From a virus (taxonomy: Duplodnaviria; Caudoviricetes), in the IMG/VR virus record IMGVR_UViG_3300025778_000032, positions 1-41,523 of that record: a stretch of 41,523 nucleotides of DNA, one strand, 5' to 3'. Position numbers and translations under genes: made by a program. This document shows positions 26,453 to 35,504 of this stretch, piece after piece. Below the pieces are notes generated by a model. That model was not told the DNA's origin. It was given only the letters and a program-made list of their open reading frames with translations, and ran no database searches. Numbering within the stretch: position 1 is the stretch's first letter; the number at the start of each line of letters is the position of its first letter.

Positions 26453-28182
26453 ACCTAACTCATGACGCCGTAGCCAAATTTAGGCAGATGCCAGAGGCTC
26501 AACAAATTTCGATTATCCAAGGTTTATCGATGGATGAGAAGCGCAGATTAGCCAAATTGATCGACGAGATGGTGGTCAACCCTTACGCGAAGTACATAAA
26601 CGATCCCGTGGGATTCATCGCGGACACAATGGGGCTAGACGAGACGATTTGGGGGAAGCAGAAAGAGATCGCCTATTCACTGGTCGAGTATCGCCGTACA
26701 GCCTGCAAAGCCTCTCACTCGAACGGCAAAACATTCCTATTCGGTCGCTTAGGCGTATGGTGGCTAGTCACTCGTCCATTAGGCGAGGCAATGCTGCTCA
26801 CTACGGCGCCAACTAACCGACAGGTCGAGCATATTCTTTGGAAAGAGATCAGGCAGACCCATCACCGTGCATTCTTGAAGTCCAAGGGGTTCGGTGACGT
26901 GCTTACGAAACAATGGAAGTACGGGGCAAACACGATTGGCTTAGGAGCCTCACCTAGCAAACACGACGAGTCTTCATTTCAGGGATTCCACTCGCCCAAC
27001 CTGCTCATTCTGGTCGACGAAGCAGGCGGTATCCCTCACCTATTTGGTAATGCGCTCGAAGGTATTACTACAGGCGCCAACACGAAGGTCGCACTTATTG
27101 GCAACCCGCCAACAGATGAAGAGGGATCATGGTTCCAAAAGCAATGCGAGAGCGGGCTGTACAACGTAATTTCGATTCCAGCCACGTCTACCCCTAACTT
27201 TACGGGTGAAAAGACTGGGCGCTGTAAGACCTGTTCGCCAGAGTCGCCAGAGCATTTAATTAACGATCACCTCGTAGACAAGAAATGGGTGAGAGATGCA
27301 ATCAGAACTTTCGGCAAGGATTCTAATTTCGTCCGCGCTCGCGTGTATGCCAAGTTTCCTACATCATCATCATCCAAGGTATTGCCTTCAGACTGGCTCG
27401 AAAGTGCTTGCCTCAATGAGAACCCTGTCAAGGGCGATTCATTAGAAATCGGCGTGGACGTGGCAGCAGATGGTGGAGATGAATTCGTTATTGCGGTTCG
27501 AGATGGATGGACTGGCAAAATTGTTCACAGGTCGTCTGGTTCAGAAAATAACAATACGATCCTGCTTGGTCAGACAGTGCTCAAATGGATTCTCGCTTGC
27601 CAGAAGATACACGCGCAACGTGATAACAAAACTCGTATTAGGGTCAAGATCGATGAGATCGGTGTAGGTCGAGGATTAACTGACTGGCTCAAACTGGAAC
27701 TATCACGCAAAACCCATAACGCTGAGATTATCGGCATTAACGTGGCTGAAAGCGCGCGGGACTCTCAAAGATTCGCCAATAAGCGAGCAGAGATGTGGTG
27801 GAATATGCGTGACTTGATTCAGCCAGATAGCCAAGGGGCGCAAAAGGCTAAGTTGCAACTGCATCGCGGGGAACGCGAAGACGGCACGAAGATCATCGAC
27901 TACGAAATGCTGGCTCAATTTGCAGCACCAACCTACAACTCTCGAAGCAATGGAACAATTGCTATTGAAAGTAAGGCTGACATGAAAAAGCGTTTAGGGC
28001 GTTCACCCGACTCCGCTGAAGCAATGCTGTTAGCCTTCTACAACCCAACTCCAAAAATTGATAACATTGATACCGACAATAGTTCCCTTAATGTCAATCC
28101 TGTGGTTGACTTCAGTTATGCCAATGACTTAGGGGCATTCGATATGGGATTTAATGGCGAGTACAGCGGAGGAATTTTATGA
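26449..28182 (+). CDS. terL: Terminase large subunit
   Basis: Walker A-like ASHSNGKT, TAPT..Q, Walker B ILVDEAG, IGNP, nuclease IGVDVA..G.D, IDEIGVG, FANKRAEMWW, RSPDSAEA. Confidence 0.93.
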   Translation: MNLTHDAVAKFRQMPEAQQISIIQGLSMDEKRRLAKLIDEMVVNPYAKYINDPVGFIADTMGLDETIWGKQKEIAYSLVEYRRTACKASHSNGKTFLFGRLGVWWLVTRPLGEAMLLTTAPTNRQVEHILWKEIRQTHHRAFLKSKGFGDVLTKQWKYGANTIGLGASPSKHDESSFQGFHSPNLLILVDEAGGIPHLFGNALEGITTGANTKVALIGNPPTDEEGSWFQKQCESGLYNVISIPATSTPNFTGEKTGRCKTCSPESPEHLINDHLVDKKWVRDAIRTFGKDSNFVRARVYAKFPTSSSSKVLPSDWLESACLNENPVKGDSLEIGVDVAADGGDEFVIAVRDGWTGKIVHRSSGSENNNTILLGQTVLKWILACQKIHAQRDNKTRIRVKIDEIGVGRGLTDWLKLELSRKTHNAEIIGINVAESARDSQRFANKRAEMWWNMRDLIQPDSQGAQKAKLQLHRGEREDGTKIIDYEMLAQFAAPTYNSRSNGTIAIESKADMKKRLGRSPDSAEAMLLAFYNPTPKIDNIDTDNSSLNVNPVVDFSYANDLGAFDMGFNGEYSGGIL

Positions 28183-28688
28183 GTGAGAATTTCGAGGCTA
28201 TAGGCAGAAATGCCAAAGGCGAAGAGGTAGCGTCCAACGGAACCATTTCTATGGAATTCGGTGGAAGAGACGCAATTACCATCAATCAGGCAACGGATCG
28301 AGAGATCGACGCCAACATCAAGCGCACAAACTCAGATGGAACTGACTGGAAGATCGTCTATGACACTCCAGAAAATCCTTCAACCTATTTCTTGGCTGCA
28401 CGCGCTCACGGATATTTTGGAATGGGCACACGTGCGGTTATCGTTCCCCTAAGTCAATTAGAAGCATGGCAACGCGGGGTAATCCAAGACCCACCTCGCC
28501 CACGCAACGATCACATTTTTGACAACAAAGCCGCAGCGTTTGATTGGCTGCATACACTGACTCCCTCGATCAAAGAGGATTTTATGCGCGATAGAAACAT
28601 TCTCGTACCGTCTGCCGTCCGCGCTACTGGAGAAGCAGGAATGCAGTCACTTGCCACTTTGAGGGAACGCGTAAATCCTTTTAGATGA
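28179..28688 (+). CDS. Hypothetical protein
   Basis: ATGA-coupled on both sides. Confidence 0.6.
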   Translation: MSENFEAIGRNAKGEEVASNGTISMEFGGRDAITINQATDREIDANIKRTNSDGTDWKIVYDTPENPSTYFLAARAHGYFGMGTRAVIVPLSQLEAWQRGVIQDPPRPRNDHIFDNKAAAFDWLHTLTPSIKEDFMRDRNILVPSAVRATGEAGMQSLATLRERVNPFR

Positions 28689-28969
28689 AACAGCCCAAGG
28701 CGGTACCCGTTCCTTGTCAGGAAACAGACCCAGAGATTTTCTTCACCGATGTCAATGGTCTCTCATCTATCTACACAATTAACACCGCCAAAAGTCTTTG
28801 CCAATCTTGTCCCATAACGCAGCAATGCCTAGACCTAGCACTCTCATTCGGAGATGTGTGGGGAATATGGGGCGGTAAAACAAGACTTGAAAGGCGTAAG
28901 ATTGCAAAGCAAAGAGGAATTACTTTGTCGAAGTATTACGCCAATAACAAAGGCATAAACAATGAATGA
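28685..28969 (+). CDS. whiB: WhiB-family transcription factor
   Basis: C..TDPEIFF...AKSLCQSCP....CL..AL...WGIWGG.T..ER. Confidence 0.93.
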   Translation: MKQPKAVPVPCQETDPEIFFTDVNGLSSIYTINTAKSLCQSCPITQQCLDLALSFGDVWGIWGGKTRLERRKIAKQRGITLSKYYANNKGINNE

Positions 28970-29040
28970 TACGCCTGTCAGCATGATTACTGCTCGGCGT
29001 TTTGTTACCCTATTCCATAACCGAAACAAAAGGATGAGGC

Positions 29041-30648
29041 ATGGCTGACAAGAATGAACACGCGCCACTGACTAGCGATGCCATCGGACAAGGTGGCAAC
29101 GTAGATCGTTTTGATGTCAATGAAGGTATCAACTTTCCAACAGATACAAACGTTCCAGGGTCGGCTGGTGCGACTATTGCCAATCGTTTCGATGAAAAGA
29201 TTATTTTCGATGTTGAATATGCGACATCAGGTTTACAGCGTGCAGGCGGATTTATTTCCGATGACTTCATTCCTGCCTTGCGTGGCGTTAATGGTCGTCG
29301 TACTTACCGCGAAATGTCTGACAACGATCCAATCGTCGGCGGCGTCATGTCTGCCTATCGTCGTGTGCTATCTCAACTCAATTACTATTTCGATCCTGCC
29401 GATAAATCAGTTGAAGCGCACCAAATCCTCGAATTCGTTGAAGAGGCTTGGAACGATATGCGTAAGCCTTGGGACAACACCGTTTCGGCTATCGCCACAA
29501 ATCTAATTTATGGGTGGTCTCTGTTCGAGATTCTGTTCAAGAAGCGTGAAGGCTATAACCGCAACTCTCGTCTTTCATCTAAGTACGATGACGGCAAATG
29601 GGGATGGCACGATCTAGTTATCCGCTCACAGGAAACAATCTTGCGCTGGGAGATCGATCAATACGGCTCATATGGCGATGGCATTATCGCCTACCAGATG
29701 GTTGACCCATCGGGCGCGGGTCTCTTGCGTATCCCACGCGCTAAATTCTTATTGTTCACGGTTGAAGATTACAAGGAATCACCAGAGGGTCGCTCAATCT
29801 TGCGTAACGCTTACGTGCCTTACTACTATAAGAAGCGCATTCAGGAACTCCAAGCCATTGGTATCGAGCGCGATCTCGCTGGTTTCCCAGTAGTCACAGT
29901 TCCAGCAGAATGGATGACTTCAGACGCTCCAGCAAACGTGAAGCAGTCAGTCAACTCTCTTAAGCAGTTCGTATCAAACGTAAAGCGCAACTCCCAAGAG
30001 GGCGCCGTATTGCCGATCATGTACGATGAAAATGGCAATCAACTGATTAAGTTCGAACTCCTTACTTCAGGCGGTTCACGTCAACTTGATATCGACGCCG
30101 CTCTGAAGCGTTACGACGATGCTATTGCCATCTCACTGCTCGCAGGATTCTTGACCCTCGGACATGATGGAACAGGCTCGCTCGCTCTAGGCGTATCAAA
30201 GACAGATTTATGGCTTATGGCTATTCAGGCTATGGGTCGTGGAATTTGCGACGTAATCAATAAGGAACTTATTCCTCAAATTCTCCGTATTAACGGAATG
30301 GATGACTCACTTGCGCCAAAACTCACATTCGGTAATATCTCCGACGATGATCTCGCGCCGATATTTACAGCAATCGCAGGCATGGCAAAGGCTGGCGTCA
30401 TTACTCCAGATAATCCTCTTGAGGATTGGATTCGTGAGTCAATGGGTGCACCTGCTCAAGAGAACCCTGTTACAGATGAAGAGCGAACGGCAACTGCTAC
30501 GTCTTCATCAACTCCAGACTCTAAGGCAACTCCAAAGGCTCCAGATGCAGGCAAAGTTGCCCAACAAACCGCCACAAGTGAAGCGAAATCTTCAGATGCT
30601 CCGACAGATGAGAAAGACGGCGAAACCACTTACTCAACGAAGAAGTAA
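29041..30648 (+). CDS. Portal protein (DUF935 / Mu gp29-like)
   Basis: LRGVNGRRTYREMSDNDP, YGWSLFE, IRSQETI.RW, PEGRSILRNAY, IGIERDLAGFPV; follows terL. Confidence 0.88.
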   Translation: MADKNEHAPLTSDAIGQGGNVDRFDVNEGINFPTDTNVPGSAGATIANRFDEKIIFDVEYATSGLQRAGGFISDDFIPALRGVNGRRTYREMSDNDPIVGGVMSAYRRVLSQLNYYFDPADKSVEAHQILEFVEEAWNDMRKPWDNTVSAIATNLIYGWSLFEILFKKREGYNRNSRLSSKYDDGKWGWHDLVIRSQETILRWEIDQYGSYGDGIIAYQMVDPSGAGLLRIPRAKFLLFTVEDYKESPEGRSILRNAYVPYYYKKRIQELQAIGIERDLAGFPVVTVPAEWMTSDAPANVKQSVNSLKQFVSNVKRNSQEGAVLPIMYDENGNQLIKFELLTSGGSRQLDIDAALKRYDDAIAISLLAGFLTLGHDGTGSLALGVSKTDLWLMAIQAMGRGICDVINKELIPQILRINGMDDSLAPKLTFGNISDDDLAPIFTAIAGMAKAGVITPDNPLEDWIRESMGAPAQENPVTDEERTATATSSSTPDSKATPKAPDAGKVAQQTATSEAKSSDAPTDEKDGETTYSTKK

Positions 30649-30651
30649 GCG

Positions 30652-32634
30652 ATGAGGGTCTATCGCAAAGCGAAGGATAAGAGCAAGAAGCCCACTAAGC
30701 CACGGGTGAGTAAAGGAACGCGTCAACCCGCGAAACCTTTAACTCCTGTCGAACAGCAGGTTTCTACTCATGTCGCGGATACCTTGGTCACGCTACGTGC
30801 AGCAGTTGGCAGCGAAGCAGTACAAACGGCTATAGCGAGCGGTCACGTCAATACGTCTACTGATTCGTTTCCTTGGAACATTTTTGACACTCAGTTAATG
30901 GCGGTGGCTGATCCAATTGCTGAATTAACACGCAGGTCGCTAGTCATTCCTCACCTCATGCCTAAGTCAGCGGTGATCCAAACCAATTTCAACCACCTCG
31001 ACCCACGAGTAGCAATGAGCGCACGCACGCAGGCGTCAAAACTTTCTGCTGCTATGACTAAAGAGCAATACGCCAAAGTTCGCACGATTATCGGCAATGG
31101 CGTAGCAAAGGGCGATACGGTCAAGCAGATTTCATCTTCCTTGCGAAACCATATTGGACTGTCCGCTCGTCAAGATGCTCAAATGACTTCAGCCGTATTG
31201 GACGCTACTCAATCGGGAATCGATGCAGGGCTAACTGGCGAAGAGTTAATGGCTCAAGTTCAAAATACAGCGGACTCTCTTTACAGCCGTCTCATCAATG
31301 TCAGGGCTAATATGATTGCCCGTACTGAAACAATGCAGGCACAGAATTCAGGTCTACTGATCGGGATACAGCAGGCAGTCGAAGACCCACAGTCGAGCGT
31401 CGACAACACTTACCTCAAGCGATGGATTGCCACAGATGACGAACGCACGTGTGAAACTTGCGGGGCGCTAGATGGTACTGAAGTTCCATTAGACCAAAAC
31501 TTTTCAACTGACAATGGCGATGAGATCGGCTATCCGCTTGAGGATGGCTCAACGCCTCACCCTAACTGTCGCTGCACTGTAGGCATAGTTCCTCCAGATA
31601 CAAATATCAATGATTACCTCAACCAAGATACTCAAGATGCTACGGCGTCAGATGTAGTCCCAACCGATTCAGCGGATATGGTCGATATCGCCGCGTCATT
31701 AAAGCCAAGCCAAGACATCATAAACATGGCTCTGCAAATGTTTAACAAGGAATTCAACCCAGATCAGCCACGTGATGACCACGGGCGTTGGACTTCTGGC
31801 GGGTTCACAGGGGATCAACTTGCCGCGCACCAAGAAAAATATTATGAAACTTATGGACAAGACAGATATGGGCAACTGGCTGGAATAACTAAAGAGCAAT
31901 TTCAAGCCATTAAGGGATATACAAGCAATGGCTATAAAGACGTCAATGGTTATCTACGCACTGGCGCTCCAGTTGTGCCAGATAGCGGGAAATATCCTGC
32001 CGTAGAAGTTTATTCAGCCGTTTATTCTAAAATTGTAGATTCGCTCTCAGGTGAAAGCGTGCTCCCTCAAAGCCTAACTAACGCGATCGATGAGGCTGGA
32101 GGAATTGACAATCTTGATTTTGATTTTGAAAATATTGCGAAAGCATACGTAAAGAGCAACCCAGACGAAGCAATCCAAATGTACATAGATCAGAAATCGG
32201 CACCATTAGATAAAATTGTCTCCAATCTTGATTCGCTTATTGCTACTGCTCCATCTATGGGAGACGCCACGCTTTACCGCGTTGTCGATAACAGCGTTTT
32301 GGACAAACTCAGCGTTGGAAGCATAATGACCGATAAGGGCTACACGTCTACGACGACTACTGACATAACTCATGAATCGAATTTGTCGACAAGAATTGGT
32401 TTGGGTTCCATCAGTAATTCAGTCGATACGGTCGCAATCATCCAACCTAATCCTTCAGGTAATAACCCAGCGTTAGGCGTACAGCAGTTATACGTGGCGA
32501 CTACTTCTGATTCAGCACTTTCTGCAAACGAGCAAGAAGTTCTACTCCCACGCGATACCTCTTTGAAGTTTATGGGATATCAGAATAACCTTGGTACTCA
32601 GGCTAAGGTCGCTATATTTCAAAGGGTGGGATAA
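30652..32634 (+). CDS. MuF (Mu gpF / SPP1 gp7-like) minor head protein fused to C-terminal ADP-ribosyltransferase
   Basis: RANMIARTE, KRWIATDDERTCETC..LDG, PHPNCRC; then YTSNGYKDVNGYLR, LYRVV, DKGYTSTT, EQEVLLPR (R-S-ExE). Confidence 0.88.
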   Translation: MRVYRKAKDKSKKPTKPRVSKGTRQPAKPLTPVEQQVSTHVADTLVTLRAAVGSEAVQTAIASGHVNTSTDSFPWNIFDTQLMAVADPIAELTRRSLVIPHLMPKSAVIQTNFNHLDPRVAMSARTQASKLSAAMTKEQYAKVRTIIGNGVAKGDTVKQISSSLRNHIGLSARQDAQMTSAVLDATQSGIDAGLTGEELMAQVQNTADSLYSRLINVRANMIARTETMQAQNSGLLIGIQQAVEDPQSSVDNTYLKRWIATDDERTCETCGALDGTEVPLDQNFSTDNGDEIGYPLEDGSTPHPNCRCTVGIVPPDTNINDYLNQDTQDATASDVVPTDSADMVDIAASLKPSQDIINMALQMFNKEFNPDQPRDDHGRWTSGGFTGDQLAAHQEKYYETYGQDRYGQLAGITKEQFQAIKGYTSNGYKDVNGYLRTGAPVVPDSGKYPAVEVYSAVYSKIVDSLSGESVLPQSLTNAIDEAGGIDNLDFDFENIAKAYVKSNPDEAIQMYIDQKSAPLDKIVSNLDSLIATAPSMGDATLYRVVDNSVLDKLSVGSIMTDKGYTSTTTTDITHESNLSTRIGLGSISNSVDTVAIIQPNPSGNNPALGVQQLYVATTSDSALSANEQEVLLPRDTSLKFMGYQNNLGTQAKVAIFQRVG

Positions 32635-32735
32635 TGAGTAGATTCGTCACAAAACTAGATGAAGTAACCATTACCGACACGATTCCCGATAAAAAGGAAG
32701 ATCAACCAGCGAAAACGAAAGACGAGAACAAATGA
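32634..32735 (+). CDS. 33-aa peptide coupled to MuF-ART (not in ORF track)
   Basis: TAATG and ATGA overlaps; MSRFVTKLDEVTITDTIPDKKEDQPAKTKDENK. Confidence 0.55.
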   Translation: MSRFVTKLDEVTITDTIPDKKEDQPAKTKDENK

Positions 32736-35221
32736 CAATCGACGCTCAGTTCCTAGCCACTTTCGCTAAAACCTTAGACCCAGAAGAGCGCACTCAGTTT
32801 TTCCTCGATCTCATGAGCGGTGATCTCGACTTTGCCAAGTTCAATGACAATCATGACGACAAGGGAAGATTTGCTAGTGGCGATGGGTCTGGTAATGCTC
32901 TTGTAATTCCCGAAAACGGATGGTTTTCACAACATAATTCAGTATCAGCCACCTATCCCCACGTAGGTCTTTCCGATAAAGCAAAAGATATTGCCTCCCG
33001 TATTGGTAATGTTAAAACTGAAGTAAAAAATGAAAATGGCGTTAAGACCACAAATAGCACAGCCACGTACATGACTAAAGATGGTCGAATTATGAATATG
33101 ACTTTAGTTGAAACGAACGAAGGGAATCAAGGCAATAACAGTCATTTATTGGAAGGCAACGTATCTGTTGAACAAGACGGAAACCGCGCTAACTTGACGT
33201 ATCACACGTTGAGAGATGACTTTAATCCTCTTTCCACGCCAGCCAGCCTTGTCGCAAGAATTGGTTCGTCTTTTTCTCATACTGGTCTAGGCACGGCGAT
33301 GCTTGAATATGCCCGCTCTGTTTCTGAATATCCAATTCTGCATTCAACAAAATTAAGCACTGAAGGTCAAGCCTTTGCCTCTACCACAAAAGGATTATTC
33401 CAAAAGTTTAACGAAAACCACGACGAGAAAGGTCGGTTCGCCCCGTCTGATAATTCAGGATCAACCGCACCTGCCGATTACCGAATGCAGCACCAAGCGC
33501 CTACCCGCGCTGATGATTTTGGCTCTCCTGCCACGAACATCGAAGAGATGATGCCCAACTTTTACGACAATCCAAAAATGTATGGATCGAGTTACGACAA
33601 GGCTGACCAAGAATCTCGAAATGCAATCATGGCTATCAAAGACAAGCCAGATGCTCAGGTCACGATTTATCGAGCCGTCCCTAGTGACGTCAAGGGAATT
33701 AACCAAGGCGATTGGGTAACCCTTTCCCCCACTTATGCCAACGAGCACAATCAAAGCAATCTCAACGGCGAGGGTCACGTAATTAGCCAGACGATCCCAG
33801 CAAGAGATTTATGGTTCGACGGCGACAGCGTTAATGAATTTGGATATGACCCTCAAGGTAATGGCGCAATTGCTAAAGCATTGTTCCTTAAATACAACCC
33901 AGACCAGCCTAGAGACCCAAATGGGCGTTTTGCGTCAGGAGATGGCATATCTAGTGGTCAAGCAGGCGATCTAGCCTCACAAGCCATGCAGGGCGGTTTT
34001 TCCTATAACCCTACAACTCACGCGGCACCTACAACTGGCTACATGGTCGCACGCGTGGGCGCAACAGTTGACGTACCAGCAGGTAATTTGCAAGAAGCAA
34101 AAAATGGGCTAAAGTCGTTCGTGGACAGCCACATGGCAATGTTCGCGGCTGACCCAAATCTCCACATCGGAGGATGGGTTGCCGATGGCAGGCTATATAT
34201 CGAACCGTCGGATAATGTACAAAGTCTGGATCATGCAACGTCGCTAGGCAGCGCAAGAGATCAGATCGCAATTTGGGATGTAGCCAATGGACAAGAGATA
34301 AATACAGGAGGCTCTGGTGGACAAAATGCAAAAGCAGGAAGCAACGACCCTAACTTCGGCAAAGCGTTACATGGCGATTCCCGAAAATTGGGGAACGATG
34401 ACGGAGGATCAGAAGGATCAGTGGGCGGAGGATTTCTTGGTCAAGTCTGGGATATTCTCAGCGCCAGAGAAGGCGTAGCCGAAACTTTAGGTTTCGTTAA
34501 AGAATTTAATCCCGAACAAGCGCGTGACGATCATGGACGCTGGACTTCAGATGGTTCGTCGAGCAGTGGAGCAACCGCTGGTAGCCTAGCCAAAGGTGTA
34601 TACGACCGCGCTAAAGCCCTAGAACCAAGCCTTACTAAGACGATGCAAGGTCTTGCCGACAAGCACGGCGCCACTCTCGCAGGGCTAAAATATGCAGTCA
34701 AAGAGCAAGGGTCGCTGACAAACAAAATTCAAGATGTTGCCGACAAGCAATATCACGGTGACGTGCAAGAAGCGGCGCAACACATATCAGACGCCAACCG
34801 CTACACAATGCTTGCAGACCCAAGTACTTATATCGATACTGCCAGACAAGTCACGCAAGATTTGCAACAGCAAGGGTTCGATGCCAGAGTAAAAAACTAT
34901 TGGACAGACGGCTCAAATTACAAAGGCATTAACGTCGCCCTTACCGATCCTCAAGGCAATCAGATCGAACTTCAATTTCACACGCCAGAATCGCTAGCAG
35001 TCAAGGAAGGCGATAATCACCCGATCTATAAGGAATACAGCCTTATGACCGAGGCTCAACAGGCTACGCCTTACGGCAAAGACCTCAATCAGCAAATGGT
35101 CAATAACGTGGCTAATTTAGTAACCCCTGCCAATGTTCAGTCATTCGGTACTCTCAAGATCGGCAAGAGTTTGTTCAATATTGATATACACGCTACACTC
35201 AACTTAGGAGGTAGAAAATGA
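32732..35221 (+). CDS. Multidomain (polyvalent) protein: GNAT-like, ART-like, unknown/SAM-lyase-like and RelA/SpoT-like domains, each preceded by a conserved tag
   Basis: Tags at 32831, 33398, 33884, 34493; GLGTAML...HS..LS.EG.AFA; TIYRAVP...GDWVTLS..YA...E.GY; GGW..DG.LYIE...QIAIWD; K..SL..KI...D..RYT...YKGIN...ELQFHT. Confidence 0.75.
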   Translation: MTIDAQFLATFAKTLDPEERTQFFLDLMSGDLDFAKFNDNHDDKGRFASGDGSGNALVIPENGWFSQHNSVSATYPHVGLSDKAKDIASRIGNVKTEVKNENGVKTTNSTATYMTKDGRIMNMTLVETNEGNQGNNSHLLEGNVSVEQDGNRANLTYHTLRDDFNPLSTPASLVARIGSSFSHTGLGTAMLEYARSVSEYPILHSTKLSTEGQAFASTTKGLFQKFNENHDEKGRFAPSDNSGSTAPADYRMQHQAPTRADDFGSPATNIEEMMPNFYDNPKMYGSSYDKADQESRNAIMAIKDKPDAQVTIYRAVPSDVKGINQGDWVTLSPTYANEHNQSNLNGEGHVISQTIPARDLWFDGDSVNEFGYDPQGNGAIAKALFLKYNPDQPRDPNGRFASGDGISSGQAGDLASQAMQGGFSYNPTTHAAPTTGYMVARVGATVDVPAGNLQEAKNGLKSFVDSHMAMFAADPNLHIGGWVADGRLYIEPSDNVQSLDHATSLGSARDQIAIWDVANGQEINTGGSGGQNAKAGSNDPNFGKALHGDSRKLGNDDGGSEGSVGGGFLGQVWDILSAREGVAETLGFVKEFNPEQARDDHGRWTSDGSSSSGATAGSLAKGVYDRAKALEPSLTKTMQGLADKHGATLAGLKYAVKEQGSLTNKIQDVADKQYHGDVQEAAQHISDANRYTMLADPSTYIDTARQVTQDLQQQGFDARVKNYWTDGSNYKGINVALTDPQGNQIELQFHTPESLAVKEGDNHPIYKEYSLMTEAQQATPYGKDLNQQMVNNVANLVTPANVQSFGTLKIGKSLFNIDIHATLNLGGRK

Positions 35222-35445
35222 AAGAAACTAAGTGGTTTCTAGGTCAAAATTCAAAGCGCGTCTTTTCCGTCTACAAGGCAGACTTCGAAGGTTCGACTAT
35301 TACGAATCAACAGCAATGGTTAATTCCAAATAAAGATACTGGCTGGCGTAAAACTAATCAGGTTATGGATTGGTATTTCGTCGGAGAAGATGATTTGTAC
35401 CCTTGCACAGAGGATGAAGCAAAGAAGTATCTCAGCGCGAGTTAA
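35218..35445 (+). CDS. Small protein coupled to RelA/SpoT-like domain (candidate antitoxin)
   Basis: AGGAGG SD, ATGA overlap; ends TEDEAKKYL. Confidence 0.6.
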   Translation: MKETKWFLGQNSKRVFSVYKADFEGSTITNQQQWLIPNKDTGWRKTNQVMDWYFVGEDDLYPCTEDEAKKYLSAS

Positions 35446-35504
35446 CGCGAAATTGTTCCCTCTATTGCCCTATCCTTTCACTATCCAATTCGAGAGGGAA
35501 AGCA

